A stretch of 64,000 nt of DNA from Heptranchias perlo (lineage: Eukaryota), in contig NW_027140008.1 of the NCBI RefSeq assembly GCF_035084215.1, forward strand, positions 1-64,000, in the 5' to 3' direction. The position numbers and the translations under genes were made by a program. The notes under the pieces were generated by a model. That model saw only the letters and a list, made by a program, of their open reading frames with translations. It searched no databases and was not told the origin of the DNA. Each line of letters starts with the position of its first letter. The first letter of the stretch is position 1. This document shows, piece after piece, positions 1 to 13,900 of the stretch.

Positions 1-3000
1 TCCCCCTCACACTGACCCCGCCCCCTCACACTGACCCCTCCCCTTCACACTGACCCCGCCCCCTCACACTGACCCCTCCCCCTCACACTGACCCCGCCCC
101 CTCACACTGACTCCTCCCCCTCACACTGACTCCTCCCCCTCTCACTGACTCCTCCCCTCACACTGACCCCGCCCCCTCACACTGACTCCTCCCCTCACAC
201 TGACCCCTCCCCCTCACACTGACTCCTCCCCCTCACACTGACTGCTCCCCTCACACTGACCCCGCCCCCCTCACACTGACCCCCTCCCCTCACACTGACC
301 CCTCCCCCTCACACTGACCCCCTCCCCCTCACACTGACTCCTCCCCCTCTCACTGACTCCTCCCCTCACACTGACTCCTCCCCGCTCAGACTGACTCCTC
401 CCCCTCACACTGACCCTTCCCCCTCACACTGACCCCTCCCCCTCACACTGACTCCTCCCCCTCACACTGACCCCTCCCCCTCACACTGACCCCTCCCCCT
501 CACACTGACTCCTCCCCCTCACACTGACCCCTCCCCCTCACACTGACCCCCGCCCCCTCACACTGACCCCCGCCCCCTCACACTGACCCCTCCCCCTCAC
601 ACTGACCCCTCCCCCTCACACTGACTCCTCCCCCTCACACTGACCCCGCCCCCTCCCACTGACCCCTCCCCCTCACACTGACTCCTCCCCCTCACACTGA
701 CTCCTCCCCCTCACACTGACTCCTCCCCCTCACACTGACTCCTCCCCCTCACACTGACTCCTCCCCTCACACTGACCCCTCCCGCTCACACTGACCCCGC
801 CCCCTCACACTGACCCCTCCCCCTCGCACTGACCCCGCCCCCTCACACTGACGCCCCCCCCTCACACTGACTCCTCCCCCTCACACTGACCCCTCCCCCT
901 CCCACTGACCCCGCCCCTCACACTGACCCCTCCCCCTCACACTGACCCCCGCCCCTCACACTGACTCCTCCCCCTCACACTGACCCCTCCCCCTCACACT
1001 GACCCCTCCCCCTCACACTGACTCCTCCCCCTCACACTGACTCCTCCCCCTCACACTGACTCCTCCCCCTCACACTGACCCCTCCCCCCTCACACTGACC
1101 CCTCCCCCTCACACTGACCCCACCCCCTCACACTGACCCCTCCCCCTCACACTGACTCCTCCCCCTCACACTGACTCCTCCCCCTCACACTGACCCCTCC
1201 CCCTCACACTGACTCCTCCCCCTCACACTGACTCCTCCCCCTCACACTGACTCCTCCCCCTCACACTGACCCCTCCTCACCGCTCACACTGACCCCGCCC
1301 CCTCGCACTGACCCCGCCCTCTCGCACTGACCCCGCCCCCTCACACTGACTCCTCCCCCTCACACTGACCCCTCCCCCCTCCCACTGACCCCGCCCCCTC
1401 ACACTGACCCCTCCCCCTCACACTGACCCCCGCCCCCTCACACTGACTCCTCCCCCCCCTCACACTGACACCTGACCCTCCCCCTCACACTGACCCCTCC
1501 CCCTCACACTGACCCCTTCCCCCTCACATGACTGACCCTCCCCCCTCACACTGACTCCCTCCCCCTCCCACTGACCCCTCCCCCTCACACTGACTCCCTC
1601 GCCCCTCACACTGACTCCTCCCCCTCACACTGACCCCTCCCCCTCACACTGACCCCGCCCCCTCACACTGACTCCTCCCCCTCACACTGACCCCTCCCCC
1701 TCACACTGACCCCTCCCCTCACACTGACCCCACCCCTCACACTGACTCCTCCCCCTCACACTGACCCCCTCCCCCTCACACTGACCTCCCCCTCACACTG
1801 ACCCCTCCCCCTCACACTGACCCCCTCACACTGACCCCTCACAACTGACACCCTCCCCCTCACACTGACCCCACCCCCTCACACTGACCCCTCCCCCTCA
1901 CACTGACCCCGCCCCCTCCCACTGACTCCCTCCCCCTCACACTGACTCCTCCCCCTCACACTGACTCCTCCCCCTCACACTGACCCTCCCCCTCCCCCCC
2001 CTCAGCACTGACCCCTCCCCCTCACACTGACCCCGCCCCCTCACACTGACCCCTCCCCCTCGCACTGACCCCTCCCCCTCACACTGACCCCGCCCCCTCA
2101 CGACTGACTCCTCCCCCTCACACTGACCCCTCCCCCTCCCACTGACCCCGCCCCCTCACACTGTCCCCTCCCCCTCCACACTGACCCCCGCCCCCTCACA
2201 CTGACTCCTCCCCCTCACACTGACCCCGCCCCCTCACACCTGACCCTCCCCCTCACACTGACCCCTCCCCCTCACACTGACCCCCGCCCCCTCACACTGA
2301 CTCCTCCCCCTCACACTGACCTCCTCCCCCCTCACACTGACCCCGCCCCCCTCACACTGACTCCTCCCCCTCACACTGACCCCCCGCCCCCCTCACACTG
2401 ACTCCTCCCCCTCACACTGACTCCTCCCCCTCACACTGACCCCTCCCCCTCACACTGACTCCTCCCCCTCACACTGACCCCTCACACTGACCCCTCCCCC
2501 TCACACTGACCACACCCCTCACACTGACTCCTCCCCCTCAGACTGACTCCCTCCCCCTCACACTGACCCCCTCCCCCTCACACTGACCCCTCCCCTCACA
2601 CTGACCCCCTCCCCCTCACACTGACCCCTCCCCCTCACACTGACTCCTCCCCTCACACTGACTCCTCCCCCTCACACTGACCCTCCCCTCACACTGACCC
2701 CGCACCCTCACACTGACCCCTCCCCCTCACACTGACTCCTCCCCCTCACACTGACTCCTCCCCTCACACTGACCCCGCCCCCTCACACTGACCCCTCCCC
2801 TCACACTGACCCCTCCCCCTCACACTGACCCCGCCCCCTCACACTGACCCCGCCCCTCACACTGACCCCTCCCCCTCACACTGACCCCTCCCCCTCTCAC
2901 TGACCCCTCCCCCTCACACTGACCCCGCCCCCCTCACACTGACTCCGCCCCCTCACACTGACCCCTCCCCCTCACACTGACCCCCTCCCCCTCACACTGA

Positions 3001-6000
3001 CCCCTCCCCCTCACACTGACCCCGCCCCCTCACACTGACCCCTCCCCCCTCACACTGACCCCTCCCCCCTCACACTGACTCCCGCCCCCCTCACACTGAC
3101 TCCTCCCCCCTCACACTGACTCCTCCCCTCACACTGACCCCGCCCCCTCACACTGACTCCTCCCCCTCACACTGACCCCGCCCCCTCACACTGACTCCTC
3201 CCCCTCACACTGACCCCTCCCCCTCACACTGACTCCTCCCCCTCACACTGACCCCTCACACTGACCCCCTCCCCCTCACACTGACCACACCCCTCACACT
3301 GACTCCTCCCCCTCAGACTGACTCCTCCCCCTCACACTGACCCCTCCCCTCACACTGACCCCCTCCCCTCACACTGACTCCTCCCCCTCACACTGACCCC
3401 CCTCCCCCTCACACTGACTCCTCCCCTCACACTGACTCCTCCCCCTCACACTGACCCCTCCCCCTCACACTGACCCCGCACCCTTCACACTGACCCCTTC
3501 CCCCTCACACTGACTCCTCCCCCTCACACTGACTCCTCCCCTCACACTGACCCCGCCCCCCTCACACTGACCCCCTCCCCCCTCACACTGACCCCTCCCC
3601 CTCACACTGAACCCCGCCCCCTCACACTGACCCCGCCCTCACAATGACCCCTCCCCCTCACACTGACCTCCCTCCCCCTCTCACTGACCCCTCCCCCTCA
3701 CACTGACCCCGCCCCCTCACACTGACTCCGCCCCCCTCACACTGACCCCTCCCCTCACACTGACCCCTCCCCCCTCACACTGACCCCTCCCCCTCACCAC
3801 TGACTCCTCCCCCTCACACTGACCCCCTCCCCACCTCACACTGACTCCTCCCCTCACACTGACCCCGCCCCCTCACACTGACTCCTCCCCCTCACACTGA
3901 CCCCGCCCCCTCACACTGACCCCTCCCCCTCAAACTGACCCCGCCCCTTCACACTGACCCCTCCCCTCACACTGACTCGTCCCCTCACACTGACTCCTCC
4001 CCTCACACTGACCCCGCCCCCTCACACTGACCCCGCCCCCTCACACTGACTCCTCCCCCTCACACTGACTCCTCCCCCCTCACACTGACTCTCCCCCTCA
4101 CACTGAACCCGCCCCCTCACACTGACCCCTCCCCCCTCACACTGACTCCTCCCCCTCTCACTGAACCCGCCCCCTCACACTGACTCCTCCCCCTCACACT
4201 GACTCCTCCCCCTCTCACTGAACCCGCCCCCTCACACTGACTCCTCCCCCTCACACTGACTCCTCCCCCTCACACTGACTCCTCCCCCTCTCACTGAACC
4301 CGCCCCCCTCACACTGACTCCTCCCCCTCAGACTGACTCCTCCCCCTCACACTGACCCCTCCCCCTCGCACTGACCCCCGCCCCTTCACACTGACCCCTC
4401 CCCTCACACTGCCTCCTCCCCCTCAGACTGACTCCTCCCCTCACACTGACCCCTCCCCCTCAAACTGACCCCGCCCCTTCACACTGACCCCTCCCCTCAC
4501 ACTGAATCCTCCCCTCACACTGACCCCCGCCCCCTCACACTGACCCCTCCCCCTCACACTGACCCCTCCTCCCTCACACTGACCCCTCCCCCTCACACTG
4601 ACCCCTCCCCCTCACACTGACCTCTCCCCTCACACTGACCCCTCCCCCTCACACTGACCCCTCCCCCTCACACTGACTCCTCCCCCTCACACTGACTCCT
4701 CCCCCTCACACTGACCCCGCCCCTCACACCTGACCCCGCCCCCTCACACTGACCCCTCCCCCTCACACTGACCCCTCCCCCTCACACTGACTCCTCCCCC
4801 CTCACACTGACTCCTCCCCCTCTCACTGACCCCGCCCCCTCACACTGACTCCTCCCCCTCACACTGACCCTCCCCCTCTCACTGAACCCGCCCCCTCACA
4901 CTGACTCCTCCCCCTCACACTGACCCCTCCCCCTCACACTGACCCCGCCCCTCACACTGACCCCGCCCCCTCACACTGACTCCTCCCCCTCACACTGACC
5001 CCTCCCCCCTCACACTGACTCCTCCCCCTCACACTGACCCCGCCCCCTCACACTGACCCCTCCCCCTCACACTGACCCCTCCCCCCTCACACTGACCCCC
5101 TCCCCCTCACACTGACCCCTCCCCTCACACTGACTCCTCCCCCTCACACTGACCCCGCCCCCTCACACTGACTCCTCCCCATCACACTGACCCCTCCCCC
5201 TCACACTGATCCCTCCCCTCACACTGACTCCTCCCCCTCACACTGACCCCAGCCCCCTCACACTGACCCGCCCCCTCACACTGACCCCTCCCCCTCACAC
5301 TGACCCCTCCCCCTCTCACTGACTCCTCCTCCCCCTCACACTGACTCCTCCCCCTCACACTGACTCCTCCCCCTCACACTGACCCCACCCCTTCACACTG
5401 ACCCCTCCCCTCACACTGACCCCCGCCCCCTCACACTGACTCCTCCCCCTCACACTGACCCCGCCCCCTCACACTGACCCCTCCCCCTCACACTGACCCC
5501 TCCCCCTCACACTGACTCCTCCCCCTCACACTGACCCCTCCCCTCACACTGACCCCTCCCCTCACACTGACTCCTCCCCTCACACTGACCCTGCCCCCCT
5601 CACACTGACTCCTCCCCCTCACACTGACTCCTCCCCCTCACACTGACCCCGCCCCCCTCAAACTGACCCCGCCCCCTCACACTGACCCCGCCCCTTTACA
5701 CTGACCCCTCCCCTCACACTGACTCCTCCCTCACACTGACCCCCGCCCCCTCACACTGACCACCTCCCCCCTCTCACTGACCACCTCCCCCTCACACTGA
5801 CCCCTCCCCTCACACTGACTCCTCCCCCTCACACTGACCCCGCCCCCTCACACCTGACCCCTCCCCCTCACACTGACCCCTCCCCCTCACACTGACCCCT
5901 CCCCCTCACACTGACTCCTCCCCCTCACACTGACCCCTCCCCTCACACTGACCCCTCCCCTCACACTGACCCCTCCCCTCACACTGACTCCTCCCCTCAC

Positions 6001-7300
6001 ACTGACTCCTCCCTCACACTGACCCTGCCCCCTCACACTGACTCCTCCCCCTCACACTGACTCCTCCCCCTCACACTGACGACCCCCCCCTCAAACTGAC
6101 CCGCCCCCTCACACTGACCCCGCCCCCTTTACACTGACCCCTCCCTCACACTGACTCCTCCCCTCACACTGACCCCGCCCCCCTCACAATGACCACCTCC
6201 CCCTCTCACTGACCACCTCCCCCTCACACTGACCCCTCCCTCACACTGACTCCTCCCCCTCACACTGACCCTCCCCCTCACACTGACCCCTCCCCCTCAC
6301 ACTGACCCCTCCCCCTCACACTGACCCCGCCCCCTCACACTGACCCCCTCCCCCTCACACTGACCCCGCCCCCTCACACTGACTCCTCCCCTCACACTGA
6401 CCCCCGCCCCCTCACACTGACTCCTCCCCCTCACACTGCCCCCGCCCCTCACACTGACCCCTCCCCCTCACACTGACTCCTCCCCCTCTCACTGACCCCG
6501 CCCCCTCACACTGACTCCTCCCCCTCACACTGACCCCTCCCCCTCTCACTGAACCCGCCCCCTCACACTGACTCCTCCCCCTCACACTGACCCCCTCCCC
6601 CTCACACTGACCCCGCCCCTCACACTGACCCCGCCCCTCTCACTGACCCCTCCCCCTCACACTGACCCCTCCCCCTCACACTGACTCCTCCCCCTCTCAC
6701 TGACCCCGCCCCCTCACACTGACTCCTCCCCCTCACACTGACCCCGCCCCCTCACACTGACCCCTCCCCCTCACACTGACCCCTTCCCCCTCACACTGAC
6801 TCCTCCCCCTCACACTGACCCCTCCCCCCTCACACTGACCCCTCCCCCTCTCACTGAACCCGCCCCCTCACACTGACTCCTCCCCCTCACACTGACCCCT
6901 CCCCCTCACACTGACCCGGCCCCTCACACTGACCCCGCCCCCCTCTCACTGACTCCTCCCCCCTCACACTGACCCCCTCCCCCTCACACTGACCCCTCCC
7001 CCCTCACACTGACTCCTCCCCCTCACACTGACCCCTCCCCCTCACACTGACCCGGCCCCCTCACACTGACTCCTCCCCCTCACACTGACCCCTCCCCCTC
7101 ACACTGACCCAGCCCCTCACACTGACCCCGCCCCCTCTTACTGACTCCTCCCCCTCACACTGACCCCTCCCCCTCACACTGACTCCTCCCCCTCACACTG
7201 ACCCCTCCCCCTCACACTGACCCCTCCCCCTCACACTGACCCCCTCCCCCTCACACTGACCCCTCCCCCTCACACTGACTCCTCCCCCTCACACTGACTC
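1..7300. repeat. C-rich satellite, ~19-bp unit (CCCCCTCACACTGAC[C/T]CCT/G)
   Basis: Continuous tandem array with a ~19-bp period and variable C runs. Confidence 0.97.
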
Positions 7301-7319
7301 CTCTGGTGGTTGTTCCCAT

Positions 7320-7990
7320 GCGGAGGGTCGGTACTGGAGGGAGCGCCGCACTGTCGGAGGGTCAGTACTGAGGGAGCGCCGCACTGTCGGAGGGTCGGTA
7401 CTGAGGGAGCGCCGCACTGTCGGAGGGTCAGTACTGAGGGAGCGCCGCACTGTCGGAGGGTCAGTACTGAGGGAGAGCCGCACTGTTGGAGGGTCAGTAC
7501 TGAGGGAGAGCCGCACTGTCGGAGGGTCGGTACTGAGGGAGCCCCGCACTGTCGGAGGGTACAGTACTGAGGGAGAGCCGCACTGTCGGAGGGTCAGTAC
7601 TGAGGGAGCGCCGCACTGTCGGAGGGTCAGTACTGAGGGAGAGCCGCACTGTCGGAGGGTCAGTACGGAGGGAGCGCCGCACTGTCGGAGGGTCGGTACT
7701 GAGGGAGCGCCGCACTGTCGGAGGGTCAGTACTGAGGGAGGGCCGCACTGTCGGAGGGTCAGTACTGAGGGAGGGCCGCACTGTCGGAGGGTCAGTACTG
7801 AGGGAGAGCCGCACTGTCGGAGGGTCAGTACTGAGGGAGGGCCGCACTGTCGGAGGGTCAGTACTGAGGGAGGGCCGCACTGTCGGAGGGGTCAGTACTG
7901 AGGGAGCGCCGCACTGTCGGAGGGTCAGTACTGAGGGAGCGCCGCACTGTCGGAGGGTCAGTACTGAGGGAGCGCCGCACTGTCGGAGGT
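7320..7990. repeat. 33-bp minisatellite (GAGGGAGCGCCGCACTGTCGGAGGGTCAGTACT)
   Basis: Tandem units; the 11-aa periodic ORFs are by-products. Confidence 0.95.
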
Positions 7991-8469
7991 TCCTTGTGCC
8001 CCTATTGAGTGGATGTTAATGATCGAATGGATCCTTTTGGAAGATGAGCAGAAGGGAGTTCTTCACGATGTCCTGGGACCAAAATTACTTCTTGAACTGA
8101 AGACGACATTGGAAAGGAACAATTCACCGGGCGACCCATCTCATTGGCTGCCTGCGGGATCTTGCTGTGTGCCCGATTACAACAGGGTTACTTGATTGGC
8201 TGTTGAATTGTTTTGAAAAGCCCCGAGGCTCCGAAAGTCCCCTCTATAAATGGGAGATTCTCTCTTTCCCTCCCCAGAGAGCGAATTATTCAATCAAACA
8301 TCAGGCTGATTTCTCAATCTCCCACTGATATCTGGTTCTGCATCCTTCACTTCCCCTTCTGACAGACACGACGAATGTGTCACTCACGGTCAGGCACTGA
8401 CCCAGGGAGTTTGGTGAATTTAGTAACGATTATAAATAAACTCTTGGCAGGGAGGGGAGGCAAGTTTCA

Positions 8470-9110
8470 AATGTTAATCCCGGGGTTTAAGGGTTTAAAT
8501 TCCGAGGACAGGTCGCACAGACCGGGGCTTGTATTCCCTCGAGTGTTGAAGATTGAGGGGTGATCTAATCGAGGGGGTTTAAGGATTCGATAGGGTCGAT
8601 GGAGAGAAACTATTTCCTCTGGTGGGGGGAGAGAGTCCAGAACAAGGGGGCAGAACCTTAAAATTAGAGCCGGGCCGTTCAGGGGTGATGTCGGGAGGCG
8701 TTTCCTCACACAAAGGGGAGTGGGAATCTGGAACTCTCTCCCCCCAAAAAAAGCTGTGGAGGCCGGGGGTCGATTGGAGGTTTCAAGACTGAGATCGATC
8801 GATTTTTCTTAGACAAGGTTATCAAGGGTTGTGGAAATAAGGCAGGTAGGTGGAGATACAATACAGATCAGCCCTGATCCAATTGAATGGAGGAACAGGC
8901 TCGAGGGGCTGAACGGCCTCCTCCTGTTCCTGTGTAACGGGCTCGAGGGGCTGAATGGCCTCCTCCTGTTCCTGTCTTCCTTTGGGAAACTACAGTTATG
9001 AGGAGAGACTCGAATACTGGGAATATTTCCACTGGAGCAGAGAACACTAAGAGGAGATTTAATCGAGGGTTTTTGATTGAGTTCCCAGGAAGGGGAGTGG
9101 GGAAAGACGG
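8470..9110 (+). mobile_element. CR1 LINE 3' fragments (degenerate)
   Basis: Resembles the ORF2 C-terminus and 3' UTR (GGCTGAATGGCCTCCTCCTGTTCCT) of the other CR1 copies in the window. Confidence 0.75.
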
Positions 9111-9189
9111 ACATCACCAGGTCAAAATGTGAAATAAGGAGCTAAACTTCCAACAGGTTCGATACTGACTCACACTCACCCCAGACACG

Positions 9190-10345
9190 GAGCAGGTCAG
9201 GTACAGGGTTAGATACAGAGTAAAGCTCCCTCTACACTGTCCCATCAAACACTCCCAGGGTCAGGTACAGGGTTAGATACAGAGTAAAGCTCCCTCTACA
9301 CTGTCCCATCAAACACTCCCAGGGTCAGGTACAGGGTTAGATACAGAGTAAAGCTCCCTCTACACTGTCCCATCAAACACTCCCAGGGTCAGGTACAGGG
9401 TTAGATACAGAGTAAAGCTCCCTCTACACTGTCCCATCAAACACTCCCAGGGTCAGGTACAGGGTTAGATACAGAGTAAAGCTCCCTCTACACTGTCCCA
9501 TCAAACACTCCCAGGGTCAGGTACAGGGTTAGATACAGAGTAAAGCTCCCTCTACACTGTCCCATCAAACACTCCCAGGGCAGGTACAGGGTTAGATACA
9601 GAGTAAAGCTCCCTCTACACTGTCCCATCAAACACTCCCAGGTCAGGTACAGGGTTAGATACAGAGTAAAGCTCCCTCTACACTGTCCCATCAAACACTC
9701 CCAGGGTCAGGTACAGGGTTAGATACAGAGTAAAGCTCCCTCTACACTGTCCCATCAAACACTCCCAGGGCAGGTACAGGGTTAGATACAGAGTAAAGCT
9801 CCCTCTACACTGTCCCATCAAACACTCCCAGGGTCAGGTACAGGGTTAGATACAGAGTAAAGCTCCCTCTACACTGTCCCATCAAACACTCCCAGGGCAG
9901 GTACAGGGTTAGATACAGAGTAAAGCTCCCTCTACACTGTCCCATCAAACACTCCCAGGGTCAGGTACAGGGTTAGATACAGAGTAAAGCTCCCTCTACA
10001 CTGTCCCATCAAACACTCCCAGGGTCAGGTACAGGGTTAGATACAGAGTAAAGCTCCTTCTACACTGTCCCATCAAACACTCCCAGGGTCAGGTACAGGG
10101 TTAGATACAGAGTAAAGCTCCCTCTACACTGTCCCATCAAACACTCCCAGGGTCAGGTACAGGGTTAGATACAGAGTAAAGCTCCCTCTACACTGTCCCA
10201 TCAAACACTCCCAGGGCAGGTACAGGGTTAGATACAGAGTAAAGCTCCCTCTGCACTGTCCCATCAAACACTCCCAGGGTCAGGTACAGGGTTAGATACA
10301 GAGTAAAGCTCCCTCTACACTGTCCCGTCAAACACTCCCAGGCTG
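9190..10345. repeat. 63/64-bp satellite (GGTACAGGGTTAGATACAGAGTAAAGCTCCCTCTACACTGTCCCATCAAACACTCCCAGG)
   Basis: Tandem units; the same family occurs at 21957-22880 and 62870-64000. Confidence 0.95.
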
Positions 10346-10989
10346 GGTTAGAATACGTGCTATTTTTAGCTCGGTTATCTCACTCTCACGCGAGCAGTAT
10401 GACTCCTCGTGCACTTTCCATTTATTTTGTCTGTTCAGCCTCTTTCATCTCTTGTGAAACTCCTTCCTCTTTTTGCAGAATGGGAACTCATGATGTGGTC
10501 TCGAGCTCCCCTTCTCACGGACCAGCTGTTGTAAACAGTGTGCAAGGGAGTGGGCTGAAGGAGAGAGTGACATCGACTGACGACCGGCACCCCATCGCCC
10601 CCTCACCCCCCCCTCGAAACCCCCTGCGGCCTCTCTCTCCCTGGGAACTGGTTAGTGAGTGACCCTTGACCTGTGGCTTCACAGGAGAGTCTGCGGACTG
10701 AATCGAGCCCCTCCCCCCACCCCTGGACAAGGAGCGAGCGAGCGAGGGGTCTTAGAGACAGGACTGGTGGGTGTCCCTCTCTCCCTCCGACCCCTGACCT
10801 CGCTGTCTTCTGTTAGACACTGACCGACCACAGTCCGCGGGGGAGTTGGGGCCTCACTGGGTGGTGTTCGCAATGACCCCTAACCCGAACCCAACTCCCC
10901 CCGACTCCACCGGTCCATTGGTTTAACCAGAGCACCAAACATCCACCGTCAGCGAGGGATGGAGGGAGAGACTGGTCATTCAGAGAGGA

Positions 10990-13900
10990 CTGAGGGGTAA
11001 CTGGACTGAGGAGTAACTGGAGTGAGGAGTAACTGGATTGAGGGGTAACTGGACTGAGGAGTAACTGGACTGAGGAATAATGGTCTGAGGAGTAACTGGA
11101 CTGAGGAATAAATGGACTGAGGGATAACTGGACTGAGGAGTAACTGGATTGAGGAGTAACTGGACTGAGGAGTAACTGGACTGAGGAGTAACCGGACTGA
11201 GGAATAACTGGTCTGAGGAGTAACTGGACTGAGGAGTAACTGGACTGAGGGGTAACTGGACTGAGGAATAACTGGTCTGAGGAGTAACTGGACTGAGGGG
11301 TAACTGGACTGAGGAGCAACTGGACTGAGGAATAACTGGTCTGAGGAGTAACTGGACTGAGGAGTAACTGGACTGAGGAATAACTGGTCTGAGGAGTAAC
11401 TGGACTGAGGAGTAACTGGACTGAGGAATAACTGGTCTGAGGAGTAACTGGACTGAGGGGTAACTGGACTGAGGAGTAACTGGACTGAGGAATAACTGGT
11501 CTGAGGAGTAACTGGACTGAGGAGTAAATGGACTGAGGAGTAACTGGACTGAGGAATAAATGGACTGAGGAGTAACTGGACTGAGGAGTAACTGGACTGA
11601 GGAATAACAGGACTGAGGAGTAACTGGACTGAGGAATAACAGGACTGAGGGGTAACTGGACTGAGGAGTAATTGGACTGAGGGGTAACTGGACTGAGGAG
11701 TAACTGGACTGAGGAGTAACTGGACTGAGGAGTAACTGGACTGAGGAGTAACTGGACTGAGGAGTAACTGGATTGAGGGGTAACTGGACTGAGGAGTAAC
11801 TGGACTGAGGAGTAACTGGATTGAGGGGTAACTGGACTGAGGAATAACAGGACTGAGGGGTAACTGGACTGAGGAATAAATGGACTGAGGAGTAACTGGA
11901 CTGTGGGGTAACTGGACTGAGGGGTAACTGGACTGAGGAATAAATGGACTGAGGAGTAACTGGACTGAGGGGTAACTGGACTGAGGAATAAATGGACTGA
12001 GGAGTATCTGGAGTGAGGAGTATCTGGAGTGAGGAGTATCTGGAGTGGCGAGTGTCTGGAGTGGCGAGTGTCTGGAGTGAGGAGTATCTGGAGTGAGGGG
12101 TGCCTGGAGTGGCGAGTGTCTGGAGTGGCGAGTGTCTGGAGTGACGAGTGTCTGGAGTGACGAGTGTCTGGACTGAGGAGTATCTGGAGTGACGAGTAAC
12201 TGGAGTGAGGGGTGCCTGGAGTAACGAGTATCTGGAGTAGCGAGTGTCTGGACTGAGGAGTATCTGGAGTGACGAGTGTCTGGACTGAGGAGTATCTGGA
12301 GTGACGAGTAACTGGAGTGAGGAGTATCTGGAGTGAGGAGTATCTGGAGTGAGGAGTATCTGGAGTGAGGAGTATCTGGAGTGGCGAGTGTCTGGAGTGG
12401 CGAGTGTCTGGAGTGAGGAGTATCTGGAGTGACGAGTGTCTGGAGTGACGAGTATCTGGAGTGAGGGGTGCCTGGAGTGGCGAGTGTCTGGAGTGGCGAG
12501 TGTCTGGACTGAGGAGTATCTGGAGTGACGAGTAACTGGAGTGAGGGGTGCCTGGAGTAACGAGTATCTGGAGTAGCGAGTGTCTGGACTGAGGAGTATC
12601 TGGAGAGACGAGTGTCTGGACTGAGGAGTATCTGGAGTGACGAGTAACTGGAGTGAGGAGTATCTGGAGTGAGGAGTATCTGGAGTGAGGAGTATCTGGA
12701 GTGAGGAGTATCTGGAGTGGCGAGTGTCTGGAGTGAGGAGTATCTGGAGTGGCGAGTGTCTGGAGTGAGGAGTATCTGGAGTGACGAGTAACTGGAGTGA
12801 GGAGTATCTGGAGTGAGGAGTATCTGGAGTGAGGAGTATCTGGAGTGAGGAGTATCTGGAGTGGCGAGTGTCTGGAGTGAGGAGTATCTGGAGTGGCGAG
12901 TGTCTGGAGTGACGAGTATCTGGAGTGAGGGGTGCCTGGAGTGGCGAGTGTCTGGAGTGGCGAGTGTCTGGACTGAGGAGTATCTGGAGTGACGAGTAAC
13001 TGGACTGAGGAGTATCTGGAGTGAGGAGTATCTGGAGTGGCGAGTGTCTGGAGTGGCGAGTGTCTGGAGTGAGGAGTATCTGGAGTGGCGAGTGTCTGGA
13101 GTGGCGAGTGTCTGGAGTGACGTGTATCTGGAGTGAGGGGTGACTGGAGTGAGGAGTATCTGGAGTGGCAAGTGTCTGGAGTGACGAGTGTCTGGACTGA
13201 GGAGTATCTGGAGTGGCAAGTGTCTGGAGTGACGAGTATCTGGAGTGAGGAGTATCTGGAGTGAGGAGTATCTTGAGTGAGGAGTATCTGGAGTGGCGAG
13301 TGTCTGGAGTGACGAGTATCTGGAGTGAGGAGTATCTGGAGTGAGGAGTGTCTGGAGTGAGGAGTATCTGGAGTGGCGAGTGTCTGGAGTGACGAGTGTC
13401 TGGAGTGGCGAGTATCTGGAGTGAGGAGTATCTGGAGTGAGGAGTATCTGGAGTGAGGAGTATCTGGAGTGAGGAGTATCTGGAGTGGCGAGTGTCTGGA
13501 GTGAGGAGTATCTGGAGTGACGAGTGTCTGGAGTGAGGAGTGTCTGGAGTGAGGAGTATCTGGAGTGAGGAGTATCTGGAGTGAGGAGTATCTGGAGTGA
13601 GGAGTATCTGGAGTGGCGAGTGTCTGGAGTGGCGAGTATCTGGAGTGGCGAGTGTCTGGAGTGACGAGTATCTGGAGTGGCGAGTGTCTGGAGTGGCGAG
13701 TGTCTGGAGTGGCGAGTGTCTGGAGTGAGGAGTATCTGGAGTGAGGAGTATCTGGAGTGAGGAGTATCTGGAGTGGCGAGTGTCTGGAGTGAGGAGTATC
13801 TGGAGTGAGGAGTATCTGGAGTGAGGAGTATCTGGAGTGTGGAGTATCTGGAGTGAGGAGTATCTGGAGTGAGGAGTATCTGGAGTGAGGAGTATCTGGA

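Noticed and set aside
8225-8255. kB-like GAAAGTCCCC next to TATAAA
   Set aside because: No downstream exon can be tied to it, and short motifs like these are expected by chance.
9190-10345. CRISPR-like regular arrays
   Set aside because: The units are contiguous with no unique spacers, there are no cas genes, and the context is eukaryotic.
10976-13219. Long ORFs over repeats (747 aa here; also 17795-19708, 48899-50797, 53430-54662, 56872-58164, 60445-61779)
   Set aside because: They are periodic translations of minisatellites that lack stops in one frame, with no domain content.
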